DNA of 39,728 bases from Octopus bimaculoides (lineage: Eukaryota). A model generated the notes under the pieces. That model was not told where the DNA came from. It worked only from the letters and a program-made list of their open reading frames with translations, and did not search any database. Position 1 is the first letter of the stretch, and each line of letters begins with the position of its first letter. Where the stretch lies: NCBI RefSeq assembly GCF_001194135.2, contig NC_068993.1, positions 3,383,718 to 3,423,445 of the forward strand, given 5' to 3'. The position numbers and the translations under genes are program-made. This document shows positions 24,815-36,420 of the stretch, one piece after another.

Positions 24815-26231
24815 TCCGTAGTTTAGAGTGTGTCAGTGAAAAGAGTATAAGGAAGAGAGAATGCGAAAGCGGGGGGGTGTGCTTGTGTTCTTTTTTTTCT
24901 TTTCGCGATAGATGTAGAGATGCACAAATATGGCCAGAGACCAGTGATCAACAAAGCAATAATTGAAGGGAAGATAAAATCAGAGGAAAAGAATGAAGCT
25001 AGCGAGGGAATTCTTCGGAACATAATTAATCTCGTGCCATGTTGGATAATCTATTTTTAACTTAATCCAATCATTCTGACGGATGTTACCTCTTCCTTTT
25101 TCCATCTTCTCCATTTCATTCTAATCAGCATTCTTCCTCTTCCTTCTTTTTTTCCCCCTTTTCTGAAATTTCCTCTCATTATCCTCTTGCTCGTTTCTTC
25201 GTTTTCGTTTCCATTGGTCTCGCAACACAGCTCCACAACAGGAAGGTTTCTATCAATAAGTATTACCTGCACGTCAATAGAGAATTACTGGAGTTTGTTT
25301 CTTTTTATGAAACAACCACTTGCCAAAGGTTTAGACTGTCAGGCTGCATTGCACACCTTGCAGTATTATTCCCCAAATATATTTCTACAGAAGACCAATC
25401 ACGTTTCAGCTTGGTTAGCTGTCAATATGATCAAACATGCATGCAAATACACAGAAACGTGTGTGAGAACATGCACCTTTATCTTCATTTCTAACTCTCA
25501 CAATCTCTCCTTCTGTCTCTCTCTTTCTCTCACTCCTTGCTTCTCTCTCTGTCACTTTATCTCTTTCTCTGTTTTTGTCTCTCTCTCTCTCTCTCTCCGT
25601 AGAATCGTACTCACACATTTACACATATGCATAAATACATTTGAGCGCATATAAAAACACACGGAGAAGGATATAATTCTGAGCATGTGCCTCTGTGTGT
25701 GTGCGCGTGTTAACGTGTGATTGGGAGTTCACTCAAGTGCAAATTGCATTTGAGCGAGAAATATACACGATACAGGTAGGGAGAGTGCAATGCGATCAAT
25801 TCAAAACTGAATCAGCATTAGTTGCTACTCCGAGTTTCCCGTTCTTCACCAAGGAAATATATGAATGTTTATATCTATACATATGCGTATATTATATGTA
25901 AATGTGCACGTGTAATTCCATCCATCCACATTATGAGCAAGGAGTTTCTTCTGTGTTCATTTGCAGAAAGAGCTACTTCTATTTTTATACTCACCACTTC
26001 AGCAACTTTTGCTGTTTTACTGTGTTGGGGTTTGGGATTAACACCCAACACATCAATAAGAACAAGTTACTTCAGACCGTGTCCTCACATTGGTGGGTCA
26101 CGTACAAAACGGTTTGCGAGGTCGTTTTTTTTTCCCCCACAGAAGATATTTCCGTGGTTAAATTTAGAGGCCCGTGTTCGGACGCTGAAGAGCCACACTT
26201 TGTCGAAACCAGGTCAGCATAACATGTAGAT

Positions 26232-26464
26232 GAGAATTCCAGTTGATCCGATCAACCGAACAGCCAGCTCATGAAATTAACGTGTAAGTGGCAGAGTACT
26301 CCAAAGACAAGAGTAACATTTAATGAATTTCTCAGGGAGATTCTACGTGACAAGGAATGTAACAAGGACAGTCCTCTGAACCAAGGACACAATGCACTGC
26401 CGGGAATCGAAATCACGACCTTACAATCGGGAACTGAACATCGTAACCACTAAGCCACGCGCGC
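26232..26464 (-). mobile_element. SINE family A with small internal deletion
   Basis: Minus-strand head gcgcgtggcttagtggttacgatg...gatttcgattcccggcag. The body matches 32446-32940 (ccagttgatccgatc..gctcatgaaattaacgtgt...ctcagggagattc..cgtgac..caagg). Confidence 0.85.
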
Positions 26465-26899
26465 TCTAATTAACGCAGCGAATCACAAACGTGGATTTCA
26501 CCAACCTTACAGCTGTTTCGCAAAGCTTGACATTGTATTGTACATTATCAATACACGTTATACCAAATCATAAGAGCTACACAAATTCAAACATACACAC
26601 GCAACCATACATACATACATATAGGCATACTTCCACAAACAGAAAACCCCTCACCATACATGTATACCTGTGTGAACGTTCAGACAACATATATGTGTGG
26701 GTGTGGGCGTATTTGCATATATTTGCTTATTAATCTTCGCTTCTTTTTTTTTTATCTAGTTATTATACCCAAACTATTTAACATTAAACATTCAACAGAA
26801 AGATTAGTAAATAGTTTTAGTAAAACTATTATTTAGTAACTTTTAGAAGGAAAAGTTTGATAATCACTAAGACACCGTCAATCTTTCCTTTGTAAAACC

Positions 26900-26986
26900 T
26901 ATATATATACATATATACACATGTATATATATACATATGTACATATACATGTATATACACATGTATATTATATATGTATGTTATAG

Positions 26987-27055
<69 letters not shown>

Positions 27056-27130
27056 TATGTACAAGTATATTATATGTATGTATGTATGTGCATATATATA
27101 TATATATGTACATTATATATGTATGTATGT
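26900..27130. repeat. TA/TACA compound microsatellite including a long pure (TA)n
   Basis: Direct reading. Confidence 0.95.
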
Positions 27131-28294
27131 ATCGGAGCTTAACTGGTGCAAACAACGAAAAGAGGAACAACAAAACAATTGCTACGATGCTGGCAAAAGT
27201 GTAAAATTAATTCTTATCATATTTCCACACAGGTAACCTATGCATAAACCTTCAGGGAGAGTTGCTTCAATTTTAGGCGACTTAAGTGAATTCCTAAAGA
27301 ACTACAACAAGCAAAAAATATATATTGTCTTTACAAACTTTATGCTTTTTCACATCTTTTTTTTGCAAGTTTCAAGACGTTTTGAATATTTGTGAGTTAT
27401 TATTAAATAGCTACAAGCTTCTGTTGATGAAGATTATTATATATTTATTGTGGTGTATCTCAATTAAACACTTCTTATGTTACCATGCTTTAGGCTTCTC
27501 TGTAATTAATTTGTAGAATTTGCAATCAACCTCAAAAGTAATTACAAGAATTATTATAATATTAATGATTCCTTACATAAATATATGTCTCATATTTAAT
27601 CTTGGTTGAGAAAATAGGAGCAGTTTAATATGTGCTTTGATTGTTACAAGGATAGAATACAAAATTAACATTCAACAGGATCTGAAATCAGATCTTAAAG
27701 AGGTATTACTACAATGTATTGTTATTCGCTTTGCCAACGAATCTTCTAATCCACAAGCGATTAAGCGAATATACTTCTGTCAGTAGGCGAGAATCTTGCT
27801 ATTAAACACCAAAATTTCCTTTATTTCTCTACTCCACCAATACATAACCTTCAGTTAAATTTGTTAATATAAATATATATTTGTCGATCACTTGTCCTGT
27901 TGAGAATAATAATATTGGAACTTAAGTGTTTAACTGCTTTATAAACTTCTATACAATATACTTTACTGTAAAAAAGATTTAAAGTTACCCCCTATATTTT
28001 CAATTGATTTCCATTTCACATTATGTTAGACATCAATCCATTCTTGGATGGTTGCAGTGAGATACCTCTTTGTATATGAGAAGAGGTTCCAAGCACCACC
28101 TTTAACTCTCCTCAATTTCTGGCGAAAGGTGAGGTTTTAAGGAGATTTCTCTACATCATTTCGGTTGGCAAAACGTAACCGACTCAATGAGAGAATGAGA
28201 GACAGTCGAAAAGACTGATATTATATCGAGTCAAGAAGGATAATGAAAAACAAAGTTGACCTCGACGAGATTATTAACACAAAAAGAAAACGAA

Positions 28295-28411
28295 ACAAAT
28301 CCATTCGCAAAGTTTTGGTCGTCCCACAGCTATAGTAAAAGGTGCTTGCCTAAGGTTCCACGCAGTGGGACTGAACTCGGAACCATGTGGTTGGGAAGCA
28401 AGCTTCTTACC
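28295..28411 (-). mobile_element. SINE family C, 5' portion
   Basis: cttgcctaaggttccacgcagtgggactgaactcggaaccatgtggttgggaagcaagcttcttacc; a family B fragment (aaagttgacctcgacgagatt) lies just upstream at about 28215-28272. Confidence 0.85.
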
Positions 28412-28669
28412 GCACAGGCGCATTTATATCTAATACAATCAATGTAATAAAATAAACTCGGCTCCTGCGTGATTTGAACTTGAATTCAGATAAGAGGAAG
28501 AGCACAAAAGACCTCATTTAATCGCTTATCCAACTGTTTCATCAGACTTCTATGTTCTTGATTTGATAACATCAGTATCAGTTATATACATGGGTAGATT
28601 AAATCGATTTCCGTCCCCCCACCCATACAGGAATGGTGTATTTAGCACAGTAATATGTCAGGATTTATC

Positions 28670-28930
28670 ATCGACCTCATTATCGTCATAATCATAATCG
28701 TTGTCGTCATCACGATCATCATCATCATCATCATCATCTCCGCCATCTCTATCACCATCGTTATCATCATCAACGTTATCATTATGACCGCCATCACAAT
28801 CATCATTCCTGGTGGTCATGGTGGTGACGATGACGATGTCAAAGAAGATGAGGATTATGATGATGAGAGCTACGATCGATGGCAATGACGGTGATGACGG
28901 CAGTGATAATTATGATGAAGGCGATAACAT
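28670..28930. repeat. (CAT)n-rich tract switching to (GAT)n-rich tract
   Basis: Direct reading; polarity switch at about 28806-28812. Confidence 0.9.
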
Positions 28931-29234
28931 TAATGTGCAATAACATTGCTGTAAAATCTAACACTTCACTAACTCTGGCATAATTTCAATTTAAAAGCTC
29001 GGCGTCTTATAAAAGACCGTATGTTTCTGAGAGCACACCAGACTATAATGGACCTTATCAACAACAAGAGCAATAATAATAATTGAACTGGAGAACCTCA
29101 TAAAACTAAATTATTTTCTCGCTCGTAATTTCTTAGTTTCGGTAAGAAATATTTACTTTTTTAAAGATGATAAACAAATTCTGTGTATGTGTTGTTTTGA
29201 GTTAGCAGATGTGTTACCCATGTGTGTGTGTATG

Positions 29235-29265
<31 letters not shown>

Positions 29266-29421
29266 TCGTCCGTACATGCTTTCATACATACATACATACA
29301 TACATACACACACACACATATAACATATATACTATAGGACAAGAGAAAAGTCATGTAATTAAATTCATTGGTTTACAGCTGTTTTAGCTACAAAAACAAT
29401 AATGTAGCATACACGCTGCCA

Positions 29422-29610
29422 CTCCATTTAGGAGACGGGCGACGTCGATTAAATCGACCCCAGTGTTCAACAGGCACTTATTTTATCGACCCGAAAAGGA
29501 TGAAAGGCCAAGTCGACCCACGATAGAATTTGAGCCCAGAACTTTAAGACGGACAAAATCCCGTTAAGCACCTCGTCCGGCGTTTTAACGATTCTGCCCG
29601 TTCGTCGCCC
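29422..29610 (-). mobile_element. SINE family B, near full length
   Basis: gtcgattaaatcgaccccagtgttcaacaggcacttattttatcgacccgaaaaggatgaaaggccaagtcgacc...ttaacgattctgcccgttcgtcgcc. Confidence 0.88.
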
Positions 29611-30059
29611 CAAACACAACAATTGTATTAAACTGCTGATGCTGCATTCCAACGAATTACATGTTATGAGACACACTGTTCTTTATATTATATCCCAGAT
29701 ATCTCAGACACATACAGATTTTTGTGTAGTTACTGTTACTGATTAGAAATGAACAGTAAATAGTATTTCATAGTGTGAACGCATGTAAACAGAATAAGAG
29801 AAGATATGTTGAAGAAGAAATGTAAACAACCAATATAAACTGTATTTCCAAAGCTAATATCAATAGCTTCATTGATTTATGTTTACATGTTTCATATGGA
29901 GATGTTACTTTGTTTGCTCAATTTACACATTGGACAGACACAAAAGAAAAAAGAGGAAGTAGTTGAAGTTTGTAAGATTAAATTTATTAAAAATCAAACA
30001 CCAAACATACGTTTGATAAATTGGTGATGCAAGTTTCTTTTAATATGCAACACGAAATA

Positions 30060-30236
30060 TGTGGAAATGATGATAACAATTGCAATATTAAGAGTAATAA
30101 TAGTAACAATATTAACAACAGCATCAACGATAACAACAAAAACAAAAACAACAAAAGCTGGACCGGAGACTATGAGAGTGTTATAATAAGTCATAATGAC
30201 GACAAGCACAGCAGAAACAACTGTGATATATCAATA

Positions 30237-30267
<31 letters not shown>

Positions 30268-30310
30268 TAGCTATTTAGTAAGTATAATCAACATTAGTAA
30301 TAATAATAAA
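30060..30310. repeat. (AAT)/(AAC) trinucleotide-rich tract
   Basis: Direct reading. Confidence 0.85.
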
Positions 30311-30894
30311 TAAATCAGTAAATTATTTAACAAAAACAAGAGGAAAGGAGAATAAAATAAGCAATAAAAATAAATGAAAAATGAAATTTTCAAAAGTAAT
30401 TTCAAGCTACCTATTATAATATGGAAGGTAATTGAGTAGATCAAAGGAACTTAATTTGTAAGAATCAAAGACTTGCTTTTTATAAAATGTTTGGTGAAAC
30501 AGTGAATCATAGTTATGCAATACTTATATTGTGTTGTGTGTGTGTGTGTGTACGTGTGTGTGTGAGAGAGAGAGAGAGTATGTACATACATATAAATGCA
30601 CACATACAAACACTCAAACGTACAAATATACACACATAAACAGTCAAAAGTATCAAGAATTTTATTTTGACCTAGCAATTTCTCTCTATGACAAATTGTT
30701 ACTGCGAACATTAGTATTATTTGGAATATGCTGGATAGAGTTTTCTAGTTTTTGGTCGATTGAGTCCTTCGACCAGTGTATTTGAATGTTTCGTCGTCTT
30801 TACATAACTTACGAGGGTCAAAAAAATAATGCCATTTTGTTTAGGACAGGTATAATTACCAACACAGGAACATGTATCATGTTCCTAAGCAACC

Positions 30895-30992
30895 CTTCAT
30901 CATCATCATCATCATCACAATCACCACCACCACCACCACTATCATCGTCGCCATCCTTTTCCTCCTCCACCTCATCATCATCATCATCATCA
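30895..30992. repeat. (CAT)n/(CAC)n/(CCT)n compound microsatellite
   Basis: Direct reading. Confidence 0.9.
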
Positions 30993-32019
30993 TTGACTTT
31001 TGCATTATGATTGGTGTTATAAGTGCTATATCAGACTAGTTATTTTACTGTAAAAAATAGCCAAAGTCTCTCCATTTTTATACTTGAAAATAACATTTCT
31101 TTAGAACAATATACTGAAGAAAACAAAACAATCAACGTATTTTTACCACACATTTTACGGAGCTGTTCCAGCGAAATGAGAAACAAATATTATTGAGAAA
31201 CAGTAGATTTTCACAATACATAATATTAATTTAGCACATTTGAATTGTTGTTATATCAGCAAAATAGAACTCCGAGAAAGAGTCCAGAAAATATTACTTG
31301 TCATTTAGTGAAAGTCAGAATAAGCAATAGTGCCGTTATGATGATCTTTGACAGGTAAACTGTTAATTGGACTTTTTGGAGAACACATGATCTGCGATTT
31401 AAATTGGGCAAAGAAAACAATATTTTGCCCACAGGCCAAAGAGCGTTATTCTTTCATAGAACGACAGGTTATTCAGAAATGAAAATAACAAATATACATA
31501 ATTAGGAAAAATCTGAAGAATCGAGGTCAACTCTAAAAGACACAAAAGTGTACATATTTTAACATTACCTTGTAACTATGTTTCAGTTACGTATTCTGCT
31601 TCTACACGTAATTTCATTCAGTAACAAGTCTTTTGAAATATCTGTACAAGGTGTATACTTGAGAGACAGTCGTTTGACTGTTACGTGCTAGTAACACTTT
31701 ATACATAAATTTCACATTGCTTCTGGCCTAATGTTACAAGTGTTACGATATCTATACATGCTGTCATTTATATTATCTATCTACCTATCTGTCTGTCTGA
31801 CTATGCGTGTATGTAAAACTGAGGCTACTACTTTGCAGCAAGCTTAAAAATAACACCAAAACATTTTGTGCTTAGGGTGACTCAATTTCAGTTATTGAAA
31901 ATTACTATTAAATGGTGTTAGTTCACAAAGCTGTCAATCGAAACTTGCAGATCAAGTCAACATGAAGTTTTTAACATACATACATACAAAATACATACAT
32001 TTTTATATTTTAATAATAG

Positions 32020-32130
32020 ATTGACTCGCTCCATATGATTTACAACTATGTGGGCACTTAGGACGAACCAATGTCATCACGTATCGGGAGAGGCTTGATG
32101 GGTTTGAAGCAAATTCAACATGGCTACTAG
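32020..32130 (+). mobile_element. Possible mariner transposase C-terminal relic
   Basis: Reads LAPYDLQLCGHLGRTNVITYRERLDGFEANSTWL, similar to mariner (YSPD)LAPSDYHLFGPL..(23 aa)..EAVxEWL; here G-to-W spacing is 22 aa. Upstream motifs were not recognisable. Confidence 0.3.
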
Positions 32131-32425
32131 TTGTTAAGCCTCCAAATGCTGTGGATGCAACAATAGTTCTTTTCTGTAGTCTTTGTATTAATCTCATAAC
32201 GTCAATTTGACCAGATGATAGTATGATGATTTACAGAGTTTATGAAAAACCATTTTCCGAGTCTGCACAGGGATAAAAATGCTCTAAAACCTGCGTAAAC
32301 TCTGTAAACAACAGACATACAGGATAAAAGACGGTCACGGGACAGTAACAACGACCAGAAGCATAGTCAGAGAATGAAAGTCAATTGAATAAACGCTGAG
32401 GATTTTTCTCGTTAGTATACAACGA

Positions 32426-32940
32426 ACACTGCGTCGGTTGCGACAACATGTGATCCAGTTGATTCGATGGTCAAAATAGCTTGCTCGTGAAATTAACGTG
32501 TATGTGACTGAGCACACCGCAGACAGGCGTGCCCTTAACCCTTTCGATACGAACCCGGCAGAAACCGCCTCTGGCTGTGTAGTACAAATGTCTCGATTTC
32601 ATAAGTTTTGAATTAAAATCTTTCACCAAACCTTAGTCACAATTGATGTTTCTAAAACGAGCTTAATGATAACTAAGTTATTTTACTAAACTCTTTGTTA
32701 TATTTAAAATTGATTGAAAGAAACACAGAGCACGTAGTCCCCAGGAAGATTAAGCGTGACGCTGAATGTGCCAAGGCTGTTCCTTTGAAAAACAGGTACT
32801 AATAATGTTTTTAAAGCTGAGACGACCGGAGCAATGTATAATAAAGAGTCTTGTTCAGGTAGAGAAGACGCTGCCGGGAATCGAACTCATAACTTGAAGA
32901 TCATGAGTCGTATACTCCAACCACTAAGATGCGCGCCTCC
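32426..32940 (-). mobile_element. Full-length SINE family A interrupted by a 194-bp insertion
   Basis: Tail cactgcgtcggttgcgacaac..ccagttgattcgat at the left, tRNA head ..gggaatcgaactcataac..caaccactaagatgcgcgcc at the right. The body resumes after the insert as cccttaa|cgtagt. Confidence 0.85.
32539..32732 (+). mobile_element. piggyBac-type MITE, left end only, inserted at TTAA
   Basis: TTAA (32535-32538) immediately followed by CCCTTTCG, the TTAA-CCC start typical of piggyBac termini. AT-rich non-coding body; no matching AAAGGG-TTAA right end. Confidence 0.7.
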
Positions 32941-33879
32941 ACAGCGATATATGTTATGTGTTTGTATATGTACATATACACCACAAACAAGGAATTCGGT
33001 TGTTATCGAGCGACCTCGTACAGATATTCGTATATTTGGACCGTGAATAATTTTTTATAGTTCTGTTTGCATTATATATTACTGCTTATGCAATATATTA
33101 CAGTGCTGCAGGAGATAATGAAAAACATCTGATAAGGAAGAAATATGATTTGTAAGTATAATAATCGCAGCTTGTTCAGATTATGCATGTACATATTAAG
33201 AGAGACGCTCTAAGTTATAGGAGCGGAAACAGATTAATAAAGCGATATAAATGATTTAGAATATAATACAGTATACAAAAATATTTGGTGTAGACACTGA
33301 TGTATATTGCTGTGAAACAAGGGCTTAGGTCTCTTTATATAAGGCATATATTTACTCTGATAGACGTTTTACCATCTCTTCACTAGAACCCACTTAATAT
33401 GGAACGGCCATTAAATGCTGCTAGTGTACTCCCAACATCCATAAAAAATTCTGTTATTTTCTAAGTCCAGTTGCTATATTATTAAATAGGAAAATCTTCT
33501 AGCATTGTTTATTTATTCGTGTTTGAATATTTATTAAGAGTTAACCAGCACATTATTTTACTCTGTGTATGTGTGAGTCTGTATGCTGATGGCCATTGTT
33601 CTGACTCTAATATCATTTCCTCATTGAATCAAAATTATTAGATCCAAACAAAACCTTACTGAAACGAAGAATAATAGCTCTTTATATACTCCGAATATCG
33701 CCGCTAATGAGGACTGTAAAAGTAGAACATAACTCACCGGGTCCCGTCTGTTATTTTTAAAAAAGAAAAAGGAAAACCTATTTCTCATCTGTATCTTCAG
33801 AGAACTAGTTGAGACTCGGAAGAGCACAAAAAAAATTGTTTAATCTACGCCTCGATCGTCCATTGAGAAATCCATGCAC

Positions 33880-34034
33880 TCACACACACACAACATTCTA
33901 CCAAATCCAGTTACAAGACTTTGATCGACCCGAGGCTATAATAGAATACACCTGCCTAAGATGCCAAGCAGTGGGACTTAACCCGGAACCATGTGGTCGG
34001 GCAGCATGCCTCTTGCCACACGACCATTTCTGCA

Positions 34035-34037
<3 letters not shown>
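33880..34037 (-). mobile_element. SINE family C, 5' half
   Basis: ctaccaaatcca..acaagactttgatcgacccgaggctataatagaa.acac.tgcctaag.tgcca.gcagtgggact.aacccggaaccatgtgg..ggcagca..cctcttgccacacgacc. Confidence 0.85.
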
Positions 34038-34088
<51 letters not shown>

Positions 34089-34094
34089 TGCAGA
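34029..34094. repeat. Perfect 66-bp palindrome tctgcacc-(TA)25-ggtgcaga
   Basis: The 8-bp non-repetitive flanks are exact reverse complements around a self-complementary (TA)25. Confidence 0.9.
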
Positions 34095-34189
34095 GTGAGT
34101 GAGTGAGTGTGTGTGTGTGTGTGTGTGCATGTATGTATGTATGTATGCGTATGTGATGGGGAATAGAAATCAAGGAATGCATATTGAAC

Positions 34190-34365
34190 AAGAGGATGAT
34201 GATGATGATGATGATGGAGTTAGTTTGATGTTACTGGTGTTTCTGTTAATGGTGACGACGATACTGTTGCTGCTGCTGTTACAGCTTCTGGTTATCATCA
34301 TCATGACCACGATGAAGATAAAGATGAAGAGGATGATGATGATCATCATCATCATGAAGAAATAC
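34190..34365. repeat. GAT/CAT trinucleotide tract with repeated polarity switches
   Basis: Contains a perfect 22-bp palindrome gatgatgatgatcatcatcatc at 34332-34353. Confidence 0.9.
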
Positions 34366-35435
34366 ATTAGGAAAAATGCTGCTAGGTAGTAATATGAAGT
34401 CAGTTGATATTTTCTCTCATTTCAAATTTAATCCGACCTTCAGTTATATTTTTATGATTATCTAACATTCTGTCAGTTCTCATTATAAATTCATTTGAGA
34501 TATTGTACATACATTAATAATCATTATATTAAATTTTCATTCGTGATATTATTCATTTCTTTTATAATTCAGTTTTGTTTTCGATTATAGAATCCTTAAT
34601 TATACGGATTCATTTTTCTTGGTTTTAATTTAGATATAAACAGATATTTTAATTTGGATCTAGGAATTGGATCTAGAAATTTTATAAAATATGTTAATAA
34701 AATGATATGACAAGATTATGCAACAAGTGGAATTGATTAAGACGTGAACGATAAAATATATGATGAAAAAAAATTATCTTCATATGGTATAATATTTTTC
34801 AGTGTTATTGAAAATAGTTGCATGGATCATAATTTCATTTGGCGTTCAATTTCTGTGGAGTTCCTTGATAAGCAGATGAGAAAATAAAGTTCCCTTGGCA
34901 AAATTGTTTACTGTATAGCGAAGAGCTTACCGTTCAGGTTTGGATAACATAAGTGGCGTGGTATTTAGTGTCCTACAACAGACCAAATGTCATGTGTAAT
35001 TTGTTTAAAGTTAAATAGAAGAATCTACGAACTCAACAATTCAAAATTTAAGTTCAAGGTGTAACTATGTAGATCGAAGTTCGATCACTTTACATAGCAC
35101 ATCTGGTATCTTGTGCTCCAGATTTCTCAAATTCAAATTGGCGGAGAATGCCTTGTGATTGAAACGTCGCTGACATAAACTACGCAAGACAATATCATGT
35201 GTTTGTGGCTCCGTATGAAGTATAAACTCCACATAGTCTGCATAGGTTATCACATTTTACTGATTTTTCTGCATCTCTATCCCTTTTGTTCATCAGGTAC
35301 TTGGTTGATATTTCCTGTTCTTGAATTGCAAACGCTTACTCTTCAAAGTTGGAGGTAGTAATCCATATATATATATGTGTGTATATTTGTGTATAGATAT
35401 ATGTAATGTACATATGTGTGTGTATATACATGTGT

Positions 35436-35486
<51 letters not shown>

Positions 35487-36101
35487 CACACACATATATG
35501 TATAAGAACACATAGCTGAATTGTGTGTGTGTGTGTGCACTCAAAGAAATGGAGAGCGAAATTGATTCACAAGACATAATGATTTATGGAGAAATGGTAT
35601 AACGAAGACAGATAGTTATATCTTATCAAACCGATAACGATGAATTCAGTTTTTACTAGTTTTTTTTATTCATTCCTGTGACCAAATAACAAGAAATTGA
35701 AATTGATTCTAAAAGAAAAGTGCGAGACGGAAAACAAATCGAAATATAATTCTCTGGTGATAAATAAATATGAAAATCTTGCTGCTAATATTAAAGTTAG
35801 AAATAGCCTCAGTTTCTCATTACTGCAGTTGTATTGATGATACAGTCATCTTTCTCCATCGAACTGACATGGATTTCAGGATACTTATAATTTCCTTTTT
35901 TTGTATTTTTTCTGTTTTATTTATTGGATTTGTTTATACACTTGCATGTGCCTCTTCTGAAAATGTTTCAGAATTTTAAGATATTTGATATATTGTACGA
36001 TATTTAAGTTAGAGGTACGTAAACACAAGCGCACACATAAACACTATATATATCTGTGTGTGAGTGTGTGTGTGTGTGTGTGTATACATATTGATAATAT
36101 A

Positions 36102-36143
36102 TGCATAGAGAAATTCCGTATCTGCATAGAGAAATTCCGTATC
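36102..36143 (+). repeat. Exact 21-bp tandem duplication
   Basis: tgcatagagaaattccgtatc twice, followed by a partial third unit (tgcctaga). Confidence 0.95.
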
Positions 36144-36203
36144 TGCCTAGATATTCTAACCCTCCTTTTACTATATATATATATCTATATATATATGTTA
36201 TAT

Positions 36204-36420
36204 TACATCGAATCACCCATCCCAGAGGTATCCACTAAAAGAATTAGGGACATGACTGATCTTGATTGTTGGGACCGCCTAAAAGTATTGAAAGTATATT
36301 CCCTCCAGTGCCGCTGTAAGCAATATACTATTGGTCCAATGACATTAACCTTAGCTTATGATTCATCCAAGGCTATGATCAGGTGCTATACGTCCCCTAC
36401 ACAGTTCAGGATCACATAAA
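36204..36420 (+). mobile_element. Decayed CR1/L2-group LINE fragment (post-RT C-terminal region)
   Basis: STKRIRDMTDLDCWDRLKVLKVYSLQCRCKQYTI matches the CR1-group motif FTKRIxGMxDLxYWDRLxxLxLYSLQRRRERYxI; after a frameshift IHPRL*SGAIRP resembles ..HPRLGxRAIRP. Confidence 0.8.

Noticed and set aside
28655-28888. Poly-Ile / poly-Asp ORFs (also 16569-16803, 30021-30278, 34099-34389)
   Set aside because: Trinucleotide-repeat translations without supporting splice or homology evidence.
36102-36143. 21-bp tandem duplication (also short direct repeats at about 3301-3349 and 19817-19849) as possible CRISPR-like array
   Set aside because: Only two units, no spacers, eukaryotic context; ordinary slippage duplications.
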